Source: Carcharhinus longimanus
Taxonomy: Eukaryota
Direction of reading: 5' to 3'
NCBI GenBank assembly: GCA_030264375.1
Contig: JASCQW010000061.1
Span: 32,036,017-32,100,016 of the forward strand
DNA: 64,000 nt
Within the stretch, counting starts at the first letter, position 1; each line of letters starts with the position of its first letter. This document shows, piece by piece, positions 62,423 through 64,000 of the stretch. The position numbers were made by a program, and so were the translations under genes. The notes under the pieces are model-generated. The model did not search any database. It saw only the letters and a list, made by a program, of their open reading frames with translations, and was not told where the DNA came from.

Positions 62423-62594
62423 TTATTTTCTCTTTTTGCTTCTCACACAGATGTGCTTTGAAGATTGATTGTGCTCGAAAAGGAGTTTTCTCCTTTCCTC
62501 CTCTGGCATTCGTCGATCTCCATCAATAGCAGCCATACGGTACCTCACAAAGTTACATAACGGGGGACCTGCGAAAGCCTCTCCTACTGATCCA
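62423..62594 (-). CDS. Possible terminal coding exon of an unidentified minus-strand gene
   Basis: Polypyrimidine acceptor tttctttcctttttaag|, then GSVGEAFAGPPLCNFVRYRMAAIDGDRRMPEEERRKLLFEHNQSSKHICVRSKKRK*. AATAAA ~115 nt downstream on the minus strand. Non-repetitive, CpG-retaining sequence; no family recognised. Confidence 0.3.
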
Positions 62595-64000
62595 CTTAAA
62601 AAGGAAAGAAACCTCTAATTGCCAAGCATCACAGCTTCCCATGGAGCAGGAAATTAGTACTTTATATGTGCTGACTGGTCCGACAGCCTATTTCACATAA
62701 ACGGAAGACTGGAACGAGAGGGAGGCAAGAAGACTGAGGGGGGAGAAAAGAGATCTAGAGATTGAGAGAAGTTTGGAAGAGGGGAGAGGACACAACAGGA
62801 CAGGGATACTGACAAAGCAAACTGGAAACTAAGCAGAGAAGAGAAGACTAAGAGGGAAAAAGAGGCCAGCAGATTGAGTGCAGCCTAGAAGATGGGGGAG
62901 GAATCTTGAGAGGAACTGAGTGACAGACGAGGGACTGGAGAAGGAGATCAGGATGTTAAGTCTCTCAGTTACAATCCAGGAATAAAAGATGATGCAAGTC
63001 CAGATTATTTACAAACTCACTTTATCCTCTTTTACTACTCTACATAGACACACCCAACACCCAGTGCCACCTCTAGCCTCTTTATACATCCCGCTGAGGA
63101 TTATTAAACAATTAACATACAAATTAGATATAAAGTGGAAGGTTGCAGTTAACCCATTCCTAACACAGGAAACTGAATCAGAAAGAAGAATGAAAAATGA
63201 GAGCAAAAAAGGGAGACCAGGAGACTGGGAACTTAAGAAAGGGAAGTGGCATCTGAAATAGAATTGGAGTTAAGAGGGGGAAGAGCAAACTGGGAGCCTG
63301 AGGAGCCCAAGAGCGGGGAGAAATGTATGAGATGGTGAGAGGAAAATGGAGCATTGGAGCCAAATGGGAGACAGGACTGAGTGAAAAGGAGATCAAGAAA
63401 CTGAGCGATTGAAAGAGGGGAGTGAAAAAAAGGAATGAGGAGATGACAATGTGAGTTCAATGTTGGATAGAAGAGACTTCAAAGAGGCAAATAGAGGCAG
63501 GAACCTGTGAGAAAGCAGATGGTGAACATGTGTGTTGTGACAATGATCAGCTTGAGAGGAAAGATTGAACATCTAAGAGAAATGAATGGAGTCCTGAACA
63601 GCAACTTTAACTGGGTGAGGGTAGGAACTGATACGAACAGAAACTGTCTGGACCTTGCTGGTAGCAGATTTTAATTCCCAGACTTCATCTGCATGGGCCC
63701 ATTAACCTCCTAACCAAATAAGGAGCCCCACACTAGCAAGGGGTGAGGGGGAAGGAGGGTTGAACAGCCGCTGACCTCAACAGTTGCTGGTGAAAGGTGA
63801 TTAACAGATCTCTCTGTCCTGTGCTATTGCATCCCTCTGTTGGCGGGAAACAGATGTTACTTCATGTTTTCCCTCAAAATGAGGAAAGATTTGAGTTTTA
63901 ACTCACCCCCCAAAAAAAGTGTGTTTTTTCCCATTTTCACCCTCGTTTGGAACTTAGAAAATTTTTGGTAAGGTCGCCCTACCATGTCTAATTTAGTCTG

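Noticed and set aside
62710-63600. Purine-rich (GA) stretch with short ORFs
   Set aside because: Low-complexity strand bias with no coherent reading frame or motif.

Overview
Vertebrate genomic DNA with the repeat landscape of a shark or other elasmobranch: V-domain tRNA SINEs, Deu-domain SINEs, CR1 LINEs, Penelope-like elements and Harbinger-type MITEs. It is a draft assembly with many 100-N gaps. The left part holds the last three coding exons of SNAP47 (+ strand: 2669-3168, 9430-9542, 21644-21790) and an apparently ~5 kb, repeat-poor 3' UTR. The most unusual object is an intronless 677-codon open frame on the minus strand (47393-49423). It encodes a stonustoxin (SNTX)-type thioredoxin-like domain, two FN3 domains and a septin/AIG1-like P-loop domain whose GTPase motifs are degenerate. 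The N-terminal MACPF/CDC pore-forming part of the family is not found. The frame begins exactly at an inverted pseudo-LTR fragment of a Penelope-like retroelement carrying a decayed hammerhead ribozyme. The rest is nested transposable elements, two minisatellites, an ancient ~200-bp palindrome in a SNAP47 intron and a possible unidentified exon near 62.5 kb. All identifications are by eye from remembered family motifs, and repeat boundaries are approximate.
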